Source: Eledone cirrhosa
Taxonomy: Eukaryota
Length of the DNA stretch: 64,000 nt
Direction: 5' to 3'
Assembly: GCA_964016885.1 (NCBI GenBank)
Contig: OZ024752.1
Location: 42,036,001 to 42,100,000 of the forward strand
Shown here: piece after piece, positions 13,255 through 28,653 of the stretch
How the letters are laid out: each line of letters begins with the position of its first letter
Numbering within the stretch: the first letter of the stretch is position 1
The notes under the pieces: model-generated
The model's database searches: none
What the model was told of the DNA's origin: nothing
The model's input: only the letters and a program-made list of their open reading frames with translations
Program-made: the position numbers and the translations under genes

Positions 13255-13889
13255 TTATATTATTTATTTATGTTCATACATAATTGTTTCTACTTTAGGC
13301 ACAAGGCCAGCAATTACCCCCCGTACATTACTGGTACTTTATTTTATCGACCCCGTAAGGATGAAAGGCAAAGTTAACCTCGGCGGGATTTGAACTCAGA
13401 ATGGCAAGGGCCATAACTCTATGCGTCAACGCATGACGTCCGACCCTCTACCGATACTGCCAATCCAACAATGTAGATAAGAAGCTTCTAGATCTATTAA
13501 ATAGACATTTCTCACCACAACATTGATACAGTAAATTCTTCGACTTTTGTTATATATTCATTGTTCACTACACACAAACGTAGAAACAATTATATAAGGT
13601 GGCGAATTGGCAAAGTTGACAGAGCGTCGGAGTAAAATGCTTTGTGTAATTTGTTCCCGCTGTCTGAACTCAGTGTTCGAATCCCTTCATGTTGAGGTGA
13701 AGCTTACCTTTCTCTCTATAGGGGCGCGTGGGGTGGTAAATGAAGTACTAATACAGATAACTAACATATGGGTTCAAAGAAGAGTATACATGCTGAGCGA
13801 AATGGAAGGCAAAGGGTGAGAGACAGAGGCAAAGGAAAGCCAGTGATGCACGCCTGCACACACATACATGCACACAAACACATATATAT

Positions 13890-13928
<39 letters not shown>

Positions 13929-14901
13929 TACATACGCATACACGCAAACACATATGCATCTCCCACATATTTACACAAGTAATTACCATCTGGCAAGAGA
14001 AGTGCGAACATGTATCGTGTTTATATGAAATTACGTTTTCGTTTTACATTTTCTTCGTTCTTTTTTTTTTATAACTAGAACACAACACACACACACACAC
14101 ACACACAATTTTCTCAAATTCTGTTCTCTCCTTTTCTGTATGGTATTCGTTCTGACTCTGCTCTTTGAGCTCAAATCCCGCCGAGGTCAACTTTTGTCTT
14201 GAATAACGAACACGCTAGTCAGCAACTGCTGTTGTTGGCCTGCATGTTCGTTATTCAAGACATCGTTCGTCACTCGAGACGTTTTATGTTCGGAAAATTT
14301 GATTGTTCGTGAGCCGATTTGGTCCTGATGCGAGACGTTCGTGGACCAAGGTTTCACTGTATACATAAAGATATTGTATAAATCTTTCATATAAACTTCT
14401 ATTTTGTGTTAAACCTTCTATGGTGCAAAGCATGGCGTCCGACCCTCTACCGATACTGCTAAACCATAATAATAATATAATTGTTTCTACTTTTGGCACA
14501 AGGCCAGCAATTATCTCAGTACATTACTGGTACTTTATTTTATCGACCCCGTAAGGATGAAAGGCAAAGTTAACCTCGGCAGGATTTGAACTCAGAACGT
14601 AAAGAGTCATAACTCTATGCTGAAAAGCATGGTGTCTGACGCTCTACCGACAATGTACCAGTACTGGGGTCGATTCTTCTATTAAGGGCCCTGGATAAAT
14701 GGATATATATTTGCGTACATACGCCCACATACACAAACACACACACACACACGGACACACAAACATACACTGGCATACAAAAGCACGCACACCTACACAC
14801 GCATACACAAACACACATATACACTCAAATATACACGCATATACACGCGCATACACGTACATGCACACGCACACACACGCAAACGCACTCACAGACAGAC
14901 A

Positions 14902-14985
<84 letters not shown>

Positions 14986-15207
14986 AAGACGCTGGATGTT
15001 ACAATCATCTAATAATCTCCGCCATCCCCTCCGCCTTTCAAACAACCCCACCCAGTAATACCCACACACATACATACACACACACACACATATATATATA
15101 CTCTCCCCACCGCCGTTGAAACTTCCATTTCACCACTGCACACCACCCCTCTGTTCTCCCTCTTCTCCGACTTCTCCACCCCTTCTTGCACTCTAACAAA
15201 CTCTTTA

Positions 15208-15241
<34 letters not shown>

Positions 15242-15318
15242 GTTCTCTCTTTCTCTTTGAAAGATAAATTTGAAAGAAATACACGTACACACATACGTAT
15301 ATATATATTATATATACA

Positions 15319-15379
<61 letters not shown>

Positions 15380-15739
15380 CTATATATATTTATATATATA
15401 TATATATATATACACATACATATAGATATATATATACATATATACATACACACACATAAATATACGTGTGTACGTGTATATGTTTGTGTTTCCTTCACAC
15501 TATCTTTATCGCGTGTCTCTATCTAGATCTCGTCGTCTTTTTCTTCTTTTTCCTCTTTTTCCTTTAATTTACTTATCTTCTTTCTCTTCTTTCTTTTTTT
15601 TTCCTTTCTTTCTGCAAGGAAAAAAACAAAACAAAACAAACAACAAATAAATAAACAAATAAACAAACAAACGAGTGAAAACAAAAACAAAAACAAAAAC
15701 AAAAACACAAAAAAAATGACACGCATATCCCCCCCCCCC

Positions 15740-15980
15740 CCTATATAGCTCCTCTCCTCTGGCAGCCCCACCCACCCATCACCCCAGCTGCTAGCTGTAG
15801 TCGTCTCTTGGATTTCATGAATCGTTATAAAATCTACCTCGACTGTCTTCCTAACTTTTAAAACTACTCTCTGCGTCTCTGTTAGCAGACGACAGACACT
15901 CAGCAGACGACAGCTACAACATACATTAAAAGTGAAAGAAACCTGGAGTATTTTTTGGAAGTAAGAAGGGGGACTTCAAA
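15740..15980 (+). promoter_or_regulatory. Possible TATA-like box (TATATAG near 15742) and 5' UTR of the SLC5 gene
   Basis: Non-repetitive sequence directly upstream of the ATG with a TATA-like motif in C-rich context; position-based guess only. Confidence 0.3.
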
Positions 15981-16355
15981 ATGGGTGAACACGAAGCAGA
16001 GTATAGTTTTAACACGGGGAAAGTTGCAACTTTCGGAATTGTTGACTATGTGATATTTGCCATAACACTTTTAGTGTCAGTATGCATTGGATTTTTTACG
16101 CCATCAAGGACCGACATACGAAAACAACGAAATCGTTATCTCCTTGCCGGAGGTAATATGTCTGTAGGACCCGTGGCCCTTTCGTTGGTTGCCAGCTTCA
16201 TGTCGGCTATCACTCTTCTAGGTACCCCTGCAGAGATCTATAACTTTAACACGATGTTCATGGACATGACTCTCGGTTATATCTTTGCCATGTTCTTGGC
16301 TGCTCATGTATATATTCCTATACTGTATCGACTAAACATCACCAGTGTCTACGAA
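15981..16355 (+). CDS. SLC5A8-like: SLC5 transporter exon 1 (MGEHE...ITSVYE)
   Basis: ATG at 15981; motifs DYVIFAITLLVS, LLAGGNM, SFMSAITLLGTPAEIY; donor GTAAGT at 16356, phase 0. Confidence 0.93.
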
Positions 16356-16894
16356 GTAAGTCGCCCTTCTTTTTTGTTGTTGTTATTGTATTTGTTATAT
16401 TATTATTATTGTTGTTGTTGGGTAGTGGATTGGCAGTATCGGTAGAAGGTCGGACGCCATGCGTTGCAGCATAGAGTTACGGCCCTTTACATTCTGAGTT
16501 CAAATCCCGCCGAGGTTAACTTTACTTTTCCTCCTTACGGGGGGTCGATAAAATAAAGTACCAGTAATGCACTGGGCTGATTGCTGGCCTTGTGCCACAA
16601 GTAGAAACGATTAATATTGTTGTTGCTGTGGATTGGCAGAATCGGTAGAGCGTCGGACACCATGCTTTGCACCATAGAGTTACGTCCCTTTGTGCCTACT
16701 CTAGAAACCATTGTTATTGCTGTGTAAAAGCGTATGGCTTAATGGCCAGGGTGTTCAGCTCAGATGTTAAAGCCCTTTATTGATAAGGTTGTGAAACATA
16801 TTTCAATAACGACAGTGGCCACGCCATTCCGCATACCCAGTGCCATGATGGTGTTGTTATTTCTGTTTACCTTTTACACACATACCACACACAC

Positions 16895-16947
<53 letters not shown>

Positions 16948-16953
16948 TATAAA

Positions 16954-16989
<36 letters not shown>

Positions 16990-17012
16990 GTATATATATA
17001 CATATATATAAA

Positions 17013-17048
<36 letters not shown>

Positions 17049-17049
17049 G

Positions 17050-17160
<111 letters not shown>

Positions 17161-17161
17161 G

Positions 17162-17241
<80 letters not shown>

Positions 17242-17257
17242 TACATATATATACAGA

Positions 17258-17296
<39 letters not shown>

Positions 17297-17312
17297 GTAT
17301 ATATATATATAC

Positions 17313-17363
<51 letters not shown>

Positions 17364-17368
17364 TATAC

Positions 17369-17512
<144 letters not shown>

Positions 17513-17520
17513 TATATACA

Positions 17521-17621
<101 letters not shown>

Positions 17622-18260
17622 TATTTCCTCAACAACAACAGAGTTGCTCAGACTCTATTGTCGAGTTACAGTTTGGTTTTTTGGCATTTATGGACAAACA
17701 TGATGGCGTCATCAAATTAATGTTTACATTAATCAGAAGAAGTTGAATGTTTTGATTCGCCGTCTCTGGCGGGGCAAACAGATCAATTTCAGAAAATCTA
17801 GCACAAATATATCTCAAAATAAAAATAAGAAAACTTTGTTGTGCTTACAAGCAGCCCCAAATGAACGTTTTGCAAAAATATTTGAATATATATATATATG
17901 TATATATATTTATTAAAATAACAGATTAAAGTTTAAGCAAAGAATCGCTGCTTTCACCCTTATATATTTTCCTTATCGAGCCTCTTTGGATTTTAGTCTT
18001 CAATTTTATTATTATTACTATATGATATATATATAGGAACGATCGGCTTTCGTCAAATCGGACCGAGAGAACAATGTTTCCGTTGGTCTTTCCAATTGCT
18101 AGTACTATCTATCGGTCAAAACTCCAGGTAGAAGGAGCAACGTGAAATAAAGTGTCTTACTCAAGGACATAACGCATCGCCTGGTCCAGGAATCGAACTC
18201 ACAACCTTACGATGCGAATCCAATTCTCTAACCACTCAGCCACACGCTTTCACTAACTAC

Positions 18261-18330
<70 letters not shown>

Positions 18331-18331
18331 C

Positions 18332-18527
<196 letters not shown>

Positions 18528-18669
18528 TATGTATGTATGTATGTATATATATATTTGAAAAATTCGGAACCCGAGTTCGGATCTAGCTGTTGAAACGGCA
18601 AGAGCTCAACCGTCGGTGTCCCGAATTTTTCATATTACCCACTGTCTAATTGGTTTCTACCGCCTCTAT

Positions 18670-18713
<44 letters not shown>

Positions 18714-18908
18714 AGTGTCAGTACCCCGACGGCTGAGCTCCTGCCGTCGGATCTAATTGTCGAAACGGTCGGAGCTCAGCCGTCGGGTCCTGACGCTTTT
18801 CATATTACCCACTACCTTAAGTATTGAGTACTCTGGTGTGTTATGGTCTACCTGTATCTTACCACACCCTCTTTGTTATATATATATATATATATATGTG
18901 TGATATAA

Positions 18909-19026
<118 letters not shown>

Positions 19027-19032
19027 CACATA

Positions 19033-19085
<53 letters not shown>

Positions 19086-19159
19086 GTATATATATATATA
19101 TATATATATGTATATGTATATATTATATATTATATTATATATGTATATATATATATATG

Positions 19160-19216
<57 letters not shown>

Positions 19217-19243
19217 GTATATATATGTATATGTTATATATAT

Positions 19244-19330
<87 letters not shown>

Positions 19331-19429
19331 AATACCACTGCACTCTACCACAATACTTGACATATATAACAATATACAGATCTTTAAATGACGTATACGT
19401 GTATGCATTTCTGTATGTATGTTTATATA

Positions 19430-19501
<72 letters not shown>

Positions 19502-19502
19502 C

Positions 19503-19582
<80 letters not shown>

Positions 19583-19784
19583 TTATATATATATATATGC
19601 ATATATATATATATATATGCATACATATATATATATATGTATATATATATGCATATATATATATATATATATGCATATATATATATATATATATATATAT
19701 AGTATATATATATATATATATATGTAGTTAGTGAAAGCGTGTGTATATATATATTACATACATATATATATATATATATGTATG

Positions 19785-19900
<116 letters not shown>

Positions 19901-19962
19901 TGTATATATATATATATATATATTATATGTATGTATATATATATTATATAATATATAACTAT

Positions 19963-20007
<45 letters not shown>

Positions 20008-20014
20008 CATATAT

Positions 20015-20056
<42 letters not shown>

Positions 20057-20292
20057 AATTAGCAAAATCCAACGGAGGGCATATTCCGTTGGCTTGCAAG
20101 CTAAAAACACATACACACTTTTGGCACAAGGCCACCAATTACCCCCAGTGTATTACTGGTACTTTATTTTATCGACCCGTAAGGATGAAAGGCAAAGTTA
20201 ACCTCGACTGGAGTTGAACTCAGACCGTAAAGGGCCGTAACTCTATGCTGAAAAGCATGGCGTCCCAACCCACTACCGGTACTGCCAATCCA

Positions 20293-22630
20293 AATAATTA
20301 TTTCTACTATAGGCACAAGGCCAGCTATTATCTCAGTGTATTACTGGTACTTTATTTTATCGACCCCGTAAGTGATGAAAGGCAAAGTTAACCTCAGCGG
20401 GATTTGAACTCAGAACGTAAAACGCCATAACTCTATGCTGCAAAGCATGGTGCCCGACGTTAAATAATTGTTTCTACTTTTGGGCACAAGGCCAGCAAAT
20501 TACCCAGTACATTACTGGTACTTTATTTTATCGACCCGTAAGGATGAAAGGCAAAGTTAACCTCAGCGGGATTTGAACTCAGAACGTAAAACGCCATAAC
20601 TCTATGCTGCAAAGCATGGTGCCCGACGTTAAATAATTGTTTCTACTTTTGGGCACAAGGCCAGCAATTACCCAGTACATTACTGTACTTTATTTTATCG
20701 ACCCCGTAAGGATGAAAGCAAAGTTAACCTCAGCGGGATTTGAACTCAGAACGTAAAACGCCATAACTCTATGCTGCAAAAGCATGGTGCCCGACGTTAA
20801 ATAATTGTTTCTACTTTAGGCACAAGGCCAGCAAATTACCCAGTACATACTGGTACTTTATTTTATCGACCCCGTAAGGATGAAAGGCAAAGTTAACCTC
20901 AGCGGATTTGAACTCAGAACGTAAAACGCCATAACTCTATGCTGCAAAGCATGGTGCCCGACGTTAAATAATTGTTTCTACTTTAGGCACAAGCCAGCAA
21001 ATTACCCAGTACATTACATGGTACTTTATTTTATCGACCCCGTAAGGATGAAAGGCAAAGTTAACCTCAGCGGATTTGAACTCAGAACGTAAAACGCCAT
21101 AACTCTATGCTGCAAAGCATGGTGCCCGACGTTAAATAATTGTTTCTACTTTTGGGCACAAGGCCAGCAAATTACCAGTACATTACTGGTACTTTATTTT
21201 ATCGACCCGTAAGGATGAAAGGCAAAGTTAACCTCAGCGGGATTTGAACTCAGAACGTAAAACGCCATAACTCTATGCTGCAAAGCATGGTGCCCGACGT
21301 TAAATAATTGTTTCTACTTTAGGCACAAGGCCAGCAAATTACCCAGTACATACTGGTACTTTATTTTATCGACCCCGTAAGGATGAAAGGCAAAGTTAAC
21401 CTCAGCGGATTTGAACTCAGAACGTAAAACGCCATAACTCTATGCTGCAAAGCATGGTGCCCGACGTTAAATAATTGTTTCTACTTTTGGGCACAAGGCC
21501 AGCAAATTACCAGTACATTACTGGTACTTTATTTATCGACCCCGTAAGGATGAAAGGCAAAGTTAACCTCAGCGGTGATTTGAACTCAGAACGTAAAACG
21601 CCATAACTCTATGCTTGCAAAGCATGGGTGCCCGACGTTAAATAATTGTTTCTACTTTTGGGGCACAAGGCCAGCAAATTACCCAGTACATTACTGGTAC
21701 TTTATTTTATCGACCCGTAAGGATGAAAGGCAAAGTTAACCTCAGCGGGATTTGAACTCAGAACGTAAAACGCCATAACTCTATGCTGCAAAGCATGGTG
21801 CCCGACGTTAAATAATTGTTTCTACTTTAGGCACAAGGCCAGCAAATTACCAGTACATTACTGGTACTTTATTTTATCGACCCCGTAAGGATGAAAGGCA
21901 AAGTTAACCTCAGCGGGATTTGAACTCAGAACGTAAAACGCCATAACTCTATGCTGCAAAGCATGGTGCCCGACGTTAAATAATTGTTTCTACTTTTGGG
22001 CACAAGGCCAGCAATTACTCCAGTACATTACTGGTACTTTATTTTATCGACCCCGTAAGGATGAAAGGCAAAGTTAACCTCAGCGGGATTTGAACTCAGA
22101 ACGTAAAACGCCATAACTCTATGCTGCAAAGCATGGTGCCCGACGTTAAATAATTGTTTCTACTTTTGGGCACAAGGCCAGCAAATTACCCAGTACATTA
22201 CTGGTACTTTATTTTATCGACCCCGTAAGGATGAAAGGCAAAGTTAACCTCAGCGGGATTTGAACTCAGAACGTAAAACGCCATAACTCTATGCTGCAAA
22301 GCATGGTGCCCGACGTTAAATAATTGTTTCTACTTTAGGCACAAGGCCAGCAAATTACCCAGTACATTACTGGTACTTTATTTTATCGACCCCGTAAGGA
22401 TGAAAGGCAAAGTTAACCTCAGCGGGATTTGAACTCAGAACGTAAAACGCCATAACTCTATGCTGCAAAGCATGGTGCCCGACGTTAAATAATTGTTTCT
22501 ACTTTTGGGCACAAGGCCAGCAATTACTCCAGTGCATTACTGGTACTTTATTTTATCGACCCCGTAAGGATGAAAGGCAAAGTTAACCTCGGCGGGATTT
22601 GAACTCAGACTGTAAAGGGACGTAACTATA
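20293..22630 (-). repeat. Tandem array of about 14 head-truncated SINE units (~169-bp period)
   Basis: Repeating aataattgtttctact...gcatggtgcccgacgtta; all units except the last share diagnostic variants. Confidence 0.92.
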
Positions 22631-23196
22631 GCAACTATATTCATCTATAAAGAAACCACAGGTGTCAATACTCTCAACTCGTGTTCAAAGCGACAAATAC
22701 TAATGTTTGCCTATCGATTTAAGAAAATCAATATTAGAATAAAAATCAGGCCTTTAATAATTGTTTCTACTATTGGCACAAGGCCAGCAATTACCCAGTA
22801 CATTACTGGTACTTTATTTTATCGACCCCCCGTAAGGATGAAAGGCAAAGTTAACCTCGGCGCGATTTGAACTCAGAATGGCAAGGGCCGTAACTCTATG
22901 CGTCAAAGCATGGCGTCCGACCCTCTACCAATCCTGCCAGTTCACCGCCCTAATAATAGGCCTTTAATAATATTTTCATTTCTTGTGAATGAAATTACAG
23001 ATGTTTTCTAAACTGAACAGGTTTGGGGCCTTTTTGTGGAAATATACATACATTTTGTGGAAATATACATACAAGGGCGGTGCCCCAGCATGGCCTCAGC
23101 CGGATGGCTGAAACAGGTAAAAGAGTAATGTGTCTTAGGATGAAACCACACAAAGTTAAATTTACATATTTAAAGATTTAAAGTAGCTCAAATTCT

Positions 23197-23202
23197 GTAG
23201 TT

Positions 23203-23268
<66 letters not shown>

Positions 23269-23304
23269 ATGGTGGTGGTGGTAGTGGTGGTGGTGGCGGC
23301 GGCG

Positions 23305-23340
<36 letters not shown>

Positions 23341-23376
23341 ATGGTGGTGGTGGTAGTGGTGGTGGTGGCGGCGGCG

Positions 23377-23424
<48 letters not shown>

Positions 23425-23460
23425 ATGGTGGTGGTGGTAGTGGTGGTGGTGGCGGCGGCG

Positions 23461-23493
<33 letters not shown>

Positions 23494-23529
23494 ATGGTGG
23501 TGGTGGTAGTGGTGGTGGTGGCGGCGGCG

Positions 23530-23595
<66 letters not shown>

Positions 23596-23631
23596 ATGGT
23601 GGTGGTGGTAGTGGTGGTGGTGGCGGCGGCG

Positions 23632-23715
<84 letters not shown>

Positions 23716-23751
23716 ATGGTGGTGGTGGTAGTGGTGGTGGTGGCGGCGGCG

Positions 23752-23787
<36 letters not shown>

Positions 23788-23826
23788 ATGGTGGTGGTGG
23801 TGGTAGTGGTGGTGGTGGCGGCGGCG

Positions 23827-23889
<63 letters not shown>

Positions 23890-23994
23890 ATGGTGGTGGT
23901 GGTAGTGGTGGTGGTGGCGGCGGCGGTAGTAGTAGTAGTAGTAGTAGTAGTAGTAATGGTGGTGGTGGTGGTAGTGGTGGTGGTGGCGGCGGCG

Positions 23995-24030
<36 letters not shown>

Positions 24031-24066
24031 ATGGTGGTGGTGGTAGTGGTGGTGGTGGCGGCGGCG

Positions 24067-24102
<36 letters not shown>

Positions 24103-24141
24103 ATGGTGGTGGTGGTGGTAGTGGTGGTGGTGGCGGCAGCG

Positions 24142-24195
<54 letters not shown>

Positions 24196-24234
24196 ACGGT
24201 GGTGGTGGTGGTAGTGGTGGTGGTGGCGGCGGCG

Positions 24235-24267
<33 letters not shown>

Positions 24268-24303
24268 ATGGTGGTGGTGGTAGTGGTGGTGGTGGCGGCG
24301 GCG

Positions 24304-24354
<51 letters not shown>

Positions 24355-24416
24355 ATGGTGGTGGTAGTGGTGGTGGTAGTGGTGGTGGTAGTGGTGGTGG
24401 TGGCGGCGGCGGCGGT

Positions 24417-24474
<58 letters not shown>

Positions 24475-24513
24475 ATGGTGGTGGTGGTAGTGGTGGTGGT
24501 GGCGGCGGCGGCG

Positions 24514-24592
<79 letters not shown>

Positions 24593-24605
24593 CAGCAGTA
24601 GTAGT

Positions 24606-24650
<45 letters not shown>
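23197..24650. repeat. Compound trinucleotide array (GTA)n-ATG-(GTG)n-GTA-(GTG)4-(GCG)3
   Basis: Recurrent higher-order unit with variable (GTA)n length. Confidence 0.95.
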
Positions 24651-25001
24651 GTGTGGTCCTCAAAATGTAACTTAATCTACCACCCATAATTCCAGTCTCT
24701 CAACTTCACAAGAGAATGGAGGGCAACATATTAATTCCTTGATATATGTGTGTAGAGTTATTTCAACTGAGCTAGAATACATACCAGCCGACAATAAACT
24801 TAATTTAAATATAAAGGTACTTGAATGTAGGCCTAGACATAGAACAATGTGAGCTGTAAATGTCATTTTTTCGTTTCATCAATCCACGCTAACCCGTAAA
24901 ACAGAGGTGATACCCCAAAACAAAATGAATGTTGTTAATAACAATTAAAAAAAGGCCTAAACTTTGACTAAAATGTGTTTTATAGCTATACTTTAATATA
25001 G

Positions 25002-25136
25002 ATTGTTTCTGGGGAAAACGGTGCGATAGATCAAGGTTTTCGAGACTTGAAATGGGTAGCAACATAACCACTACCTGCTAGTCGATATATCGATCTGCCT
25101 TGATTAATCAACCCCCCGAAACGATCGTAAAACAAT
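25002..25136 (+). ncRNA. Degenerate hammerhead (core CUGGGGA) with long stem II
   Basis: 7-bp stem I AUUGUUU/AAACAAU, GAAA-CGAUCG-UA; one conserved core A is replaced by G, so probably inactive. Confidence 0.55.
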
Positions 25137-25184
25137 AAACTAATTAACCACCTATCTCCGACTTTTGTTTTATTTTCATTGTTC

Positions 25185-25238
<54 letters not shown>

Positions 25239-26962
25239 GGAAAATGTTTAACCCCGACGGCAGAACTCAAGCCGTTTCGACGGCTATTTCTGGACTAAAT
25301 TAGAATTTTTAGCGTGGTAATAAATAGCCGAACTTTTCAAGGAGTAATTCCTGATATGGACAGAACGCCAGTTCATTGCAGGATTAAACCCCCAGCTATT
25401 GCTGGTACTCATTTTCAGCTGAGTATACTGGAGCAACATGAAATGAAGTGTTTTGCTCAAGAACACGCGCAACCCAGGAATCGAACCCACGGCATTATGA
25501 TCGTAAGTCCAACACCCTAACCACTAGGCCACATGCTTCCACATATATAGACTATACTAGTACTAAATTTACATATTTGCATAACCCCATGTCTAAATCC
25601 GGTATTGGTATAAGTCATATAACTAAAGTTAGATATCTTTAAGTAGGAAAGGATTATGGGTGGTAGACTTGGTTCACCAGAAGCACATGCCTATCCTGTA
25701 TCATTGGTTTACTTAACTATAACAGGTTTTATTTTAAAAAAATGAAATAAAATAAAATAAATTACTTGGATAATGAAACTTAGGCAGAGAAAATATGCTT
25801 ATCTCTGTAAAGTTAACAAACCCAAACGGTGATTTGGTTAGCACACAGTAACCAGTTTTCCTATCTCAAATTGCTTACATCCTTTGGTCATAACAATTTT
25901 CCAGTATTTTATCTGGTCGCTTAAATTATCTTTTAAAACTCCACATACGACTTAATAAGAGGAAACAGTTACTATAAGGTTGACATCATTGATACTTAGA
26001 CGATCTAATAATTGGCTATAAAGACATATAAATCTTCGCTAGAAGTTGTGACTGTTTGATAGTATCAGTAATGGAAAGACCAACGGAAACAAAGTTTCTT
26101 TAGTTTCATTTGACGATCGGTTACTTTTCTTTTTTCTTTTTGTTTCTTTTTTTTTTTTGTCCTTTTGTTCTCGTTGATGTTTCTAAAATAGGTTATAAAA
26201 CACACCAGCCCTTGTTGTTGCTTTCACGACATAATAATTGTTTCTACTTTTGGCACAAGGCCAGCTATTATCTCAGTGCATTGCTGGTACTTTATTTTAT
26301 CGGCCCCGTAAGGATGAAAGGCAAAGTTAACCTCGGCGGGATTTGAACTCATCTTAATAATTGTTTCTACTTTAGGCACAAGGCCAGCAATTACCCAGTA
26401 CATTACTGGTACTTTATTTTATCGGCCCCGTAAGGATGAAAGGCAAAGTTAACCTCGGCGGGATTTGAATACATACAACTCCATAAAGCTATTAAATAAA
26501 TGGATTAAATTAAATAGAATTATTTAATTCACATACGAACAGAAATAACCAGACTGTGGACTGTAAACTCCACTTTGAATTTTGACGTTGCGTGCTGACT
26601 AGTAAAGGAATAAAAGGCTAACAGAATAAAAGACAAACAGAAAGAAAGATTAACAGAATAAAAGAATATTAGTAAACGGGATGAGAATGATGTGTAAGCA
26701 ATAAAGGTGTTGTTGATGGAATATAATGTTGATTATATCAATTACTGAGGTGAACGAAGAAAATCACATAGAAGGGATGTTATTGACTCAGGGGAATTAC
26801 AGAATACATCAGTGAATCCCTTTTCTTCTTCTTCAGACTTGGTTCGTTTAAACTGTTCAACTGTTCTCTTTGGTGGCAAAGAACATCTGTTATATGAATA
26901 TATTTACTCACATAACTTTCTATAGGAAGTTTATATGTAAATATATATATATATATATATAT

Positions 26963-27097
<135 letters not shown>

Positions 27098-27102
27098 TGT
27101 GT

Positions 27103-27267
<165 letters not shown>

Positions 27268-27363
27268 CATATATATATATATATGTATATATATCGTGTA
27301 CGTGTGTATATGTGTATTATATGTGGGTGGGTGGGTGCGCGCACATCCTCCATACATAAATAT

Positions 27364-27427
<64 letters not shown>

Positions 27428-27685
27428 ACTTAGAAAATGTAGAAACCTCAAGCGCAGAAAATAACTGTAACCACAGTCGATTGCTATAAATAATAGCATA
27501 GACGGGAAAAAATATGGTCAGCAGCCGCTACGAGGAATCGAACTCCGTAACTCTTTAATTTCGACTGACCGCTTTCAACCACAAGCAGACATATAATATA
27601 TATATATATATATATTATATATAGATGAGATTCTACAGGACTAGAACTGTTTCATTCTTTAGAAATCATCAGGAATTTGGATGGG

Positions 27686-27734
27686 GATTCCTGATGATTT
27701 CTAAAGAATGAAACAGTTCTAGTCCTGTAGAATC
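27686..27734 (+). ncRNA. Type I hammerhead ribozyme, GUA cleavage triplet
   Basis: GAUUC-CUGAUGA-U.UUC-UAAA-GAA.U-GAA-ACAG-UUCUAGUC-CUGU-A-GAAUC; 4-bp stem III; mirror copy in the inverted arm. Confidence 0.78.
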
Positions 27735-27817
27735 TCATCTATATTAACACTTTTATACTCTGCAATGTATTGAGTACCTTACTTACTGTGGTTACCTCCG
27801 ATTCAACCCGGAATAAC

Positions 27818-27877
<60 letters not shown>

Positions 27878-28182
27878 TTATTTATTTATATTTATATATA
27901 TAACAAAGAAAGTGTGGTAAGGAACCAGGTGGACCATAACGCACCAGAGTACTCGATACTTAGGGCAGTAGAGTGAAGAGGAGAGGAGAGAGTGGGGGTA
28001 GAGAGAGGGGGAGGCGGGAGAGAGAGGGTAGAGAGAGACAGAGAGAGGTGGAGAAAGAGAGGGGTAGAGAGAGAGCCAGAGAGAGGGAAGAAAGAGAGAG
28101 AGAGAGAGAGGGGGGAGTGGGGAGGGAGAGAGTGAGAGAGAGAGCGAGAGGGGGGAGTGGGGAGGGAGTGGTATCGCTTCCT

Positions 28183-28569
28183 GATTCGAAGTAGTCCTCC
28201 ATCCAGAGCCAATCATCATTTTAATAACTGTCACGCTTCGATCTCCATCCAAACCCAACCACCATTTTAATAGCAGTCACACTTCGATCTCTATCCAGAA
28301 CCAATCACCATTTTAATAGCAGTCACAGTTCGATCTCCATCCAAGGCCAATCACATTTTCATTAGTTTGTCAGATACTCTGACAAACTAATGAAAATGTG
28401 ATTGGCCTTGGATGGAGATCGAACTGTGACTGCTATTAAAATGGTGATTGGTTCTGGATAGAGATCGAAGTGTGACTGCTATTAAAATGGTGATTGGGTT
28501 TGGATGGAGATCGAAGTGTGACAGTTATTAGAATGATGATTGGCTCTGGATGGAGGACTACTTCGAATC
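28183..28569. repeat. Inverted repeat, 192-bp arms, 3-nt loop, with internal ~46-bp tandem units
   Basis: 28183-28374 vs 28378-28569, few mismatches. Confidence 0.9.
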
Positions 28570-28653
28570 TGTGTATGGAACGGACCTCAGTCGTTTGCAA
28601 CCATGAGTGTTCCAGCTGTTCGATCAAGTACTACTTAATGTAATGCTTTAAAC

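Noticed and set aside
16356-16445. C-terminal extension of the 154-aa ORF
   Set aside because: It is read-through past the GTAAGT donor into intron 1.
23188-24687. 499-aa and 468-aa poly-Y/H and poly-V/A ORFs
   Set aside because: These are stop-free frames of a trinucleotide array inside intron 1.
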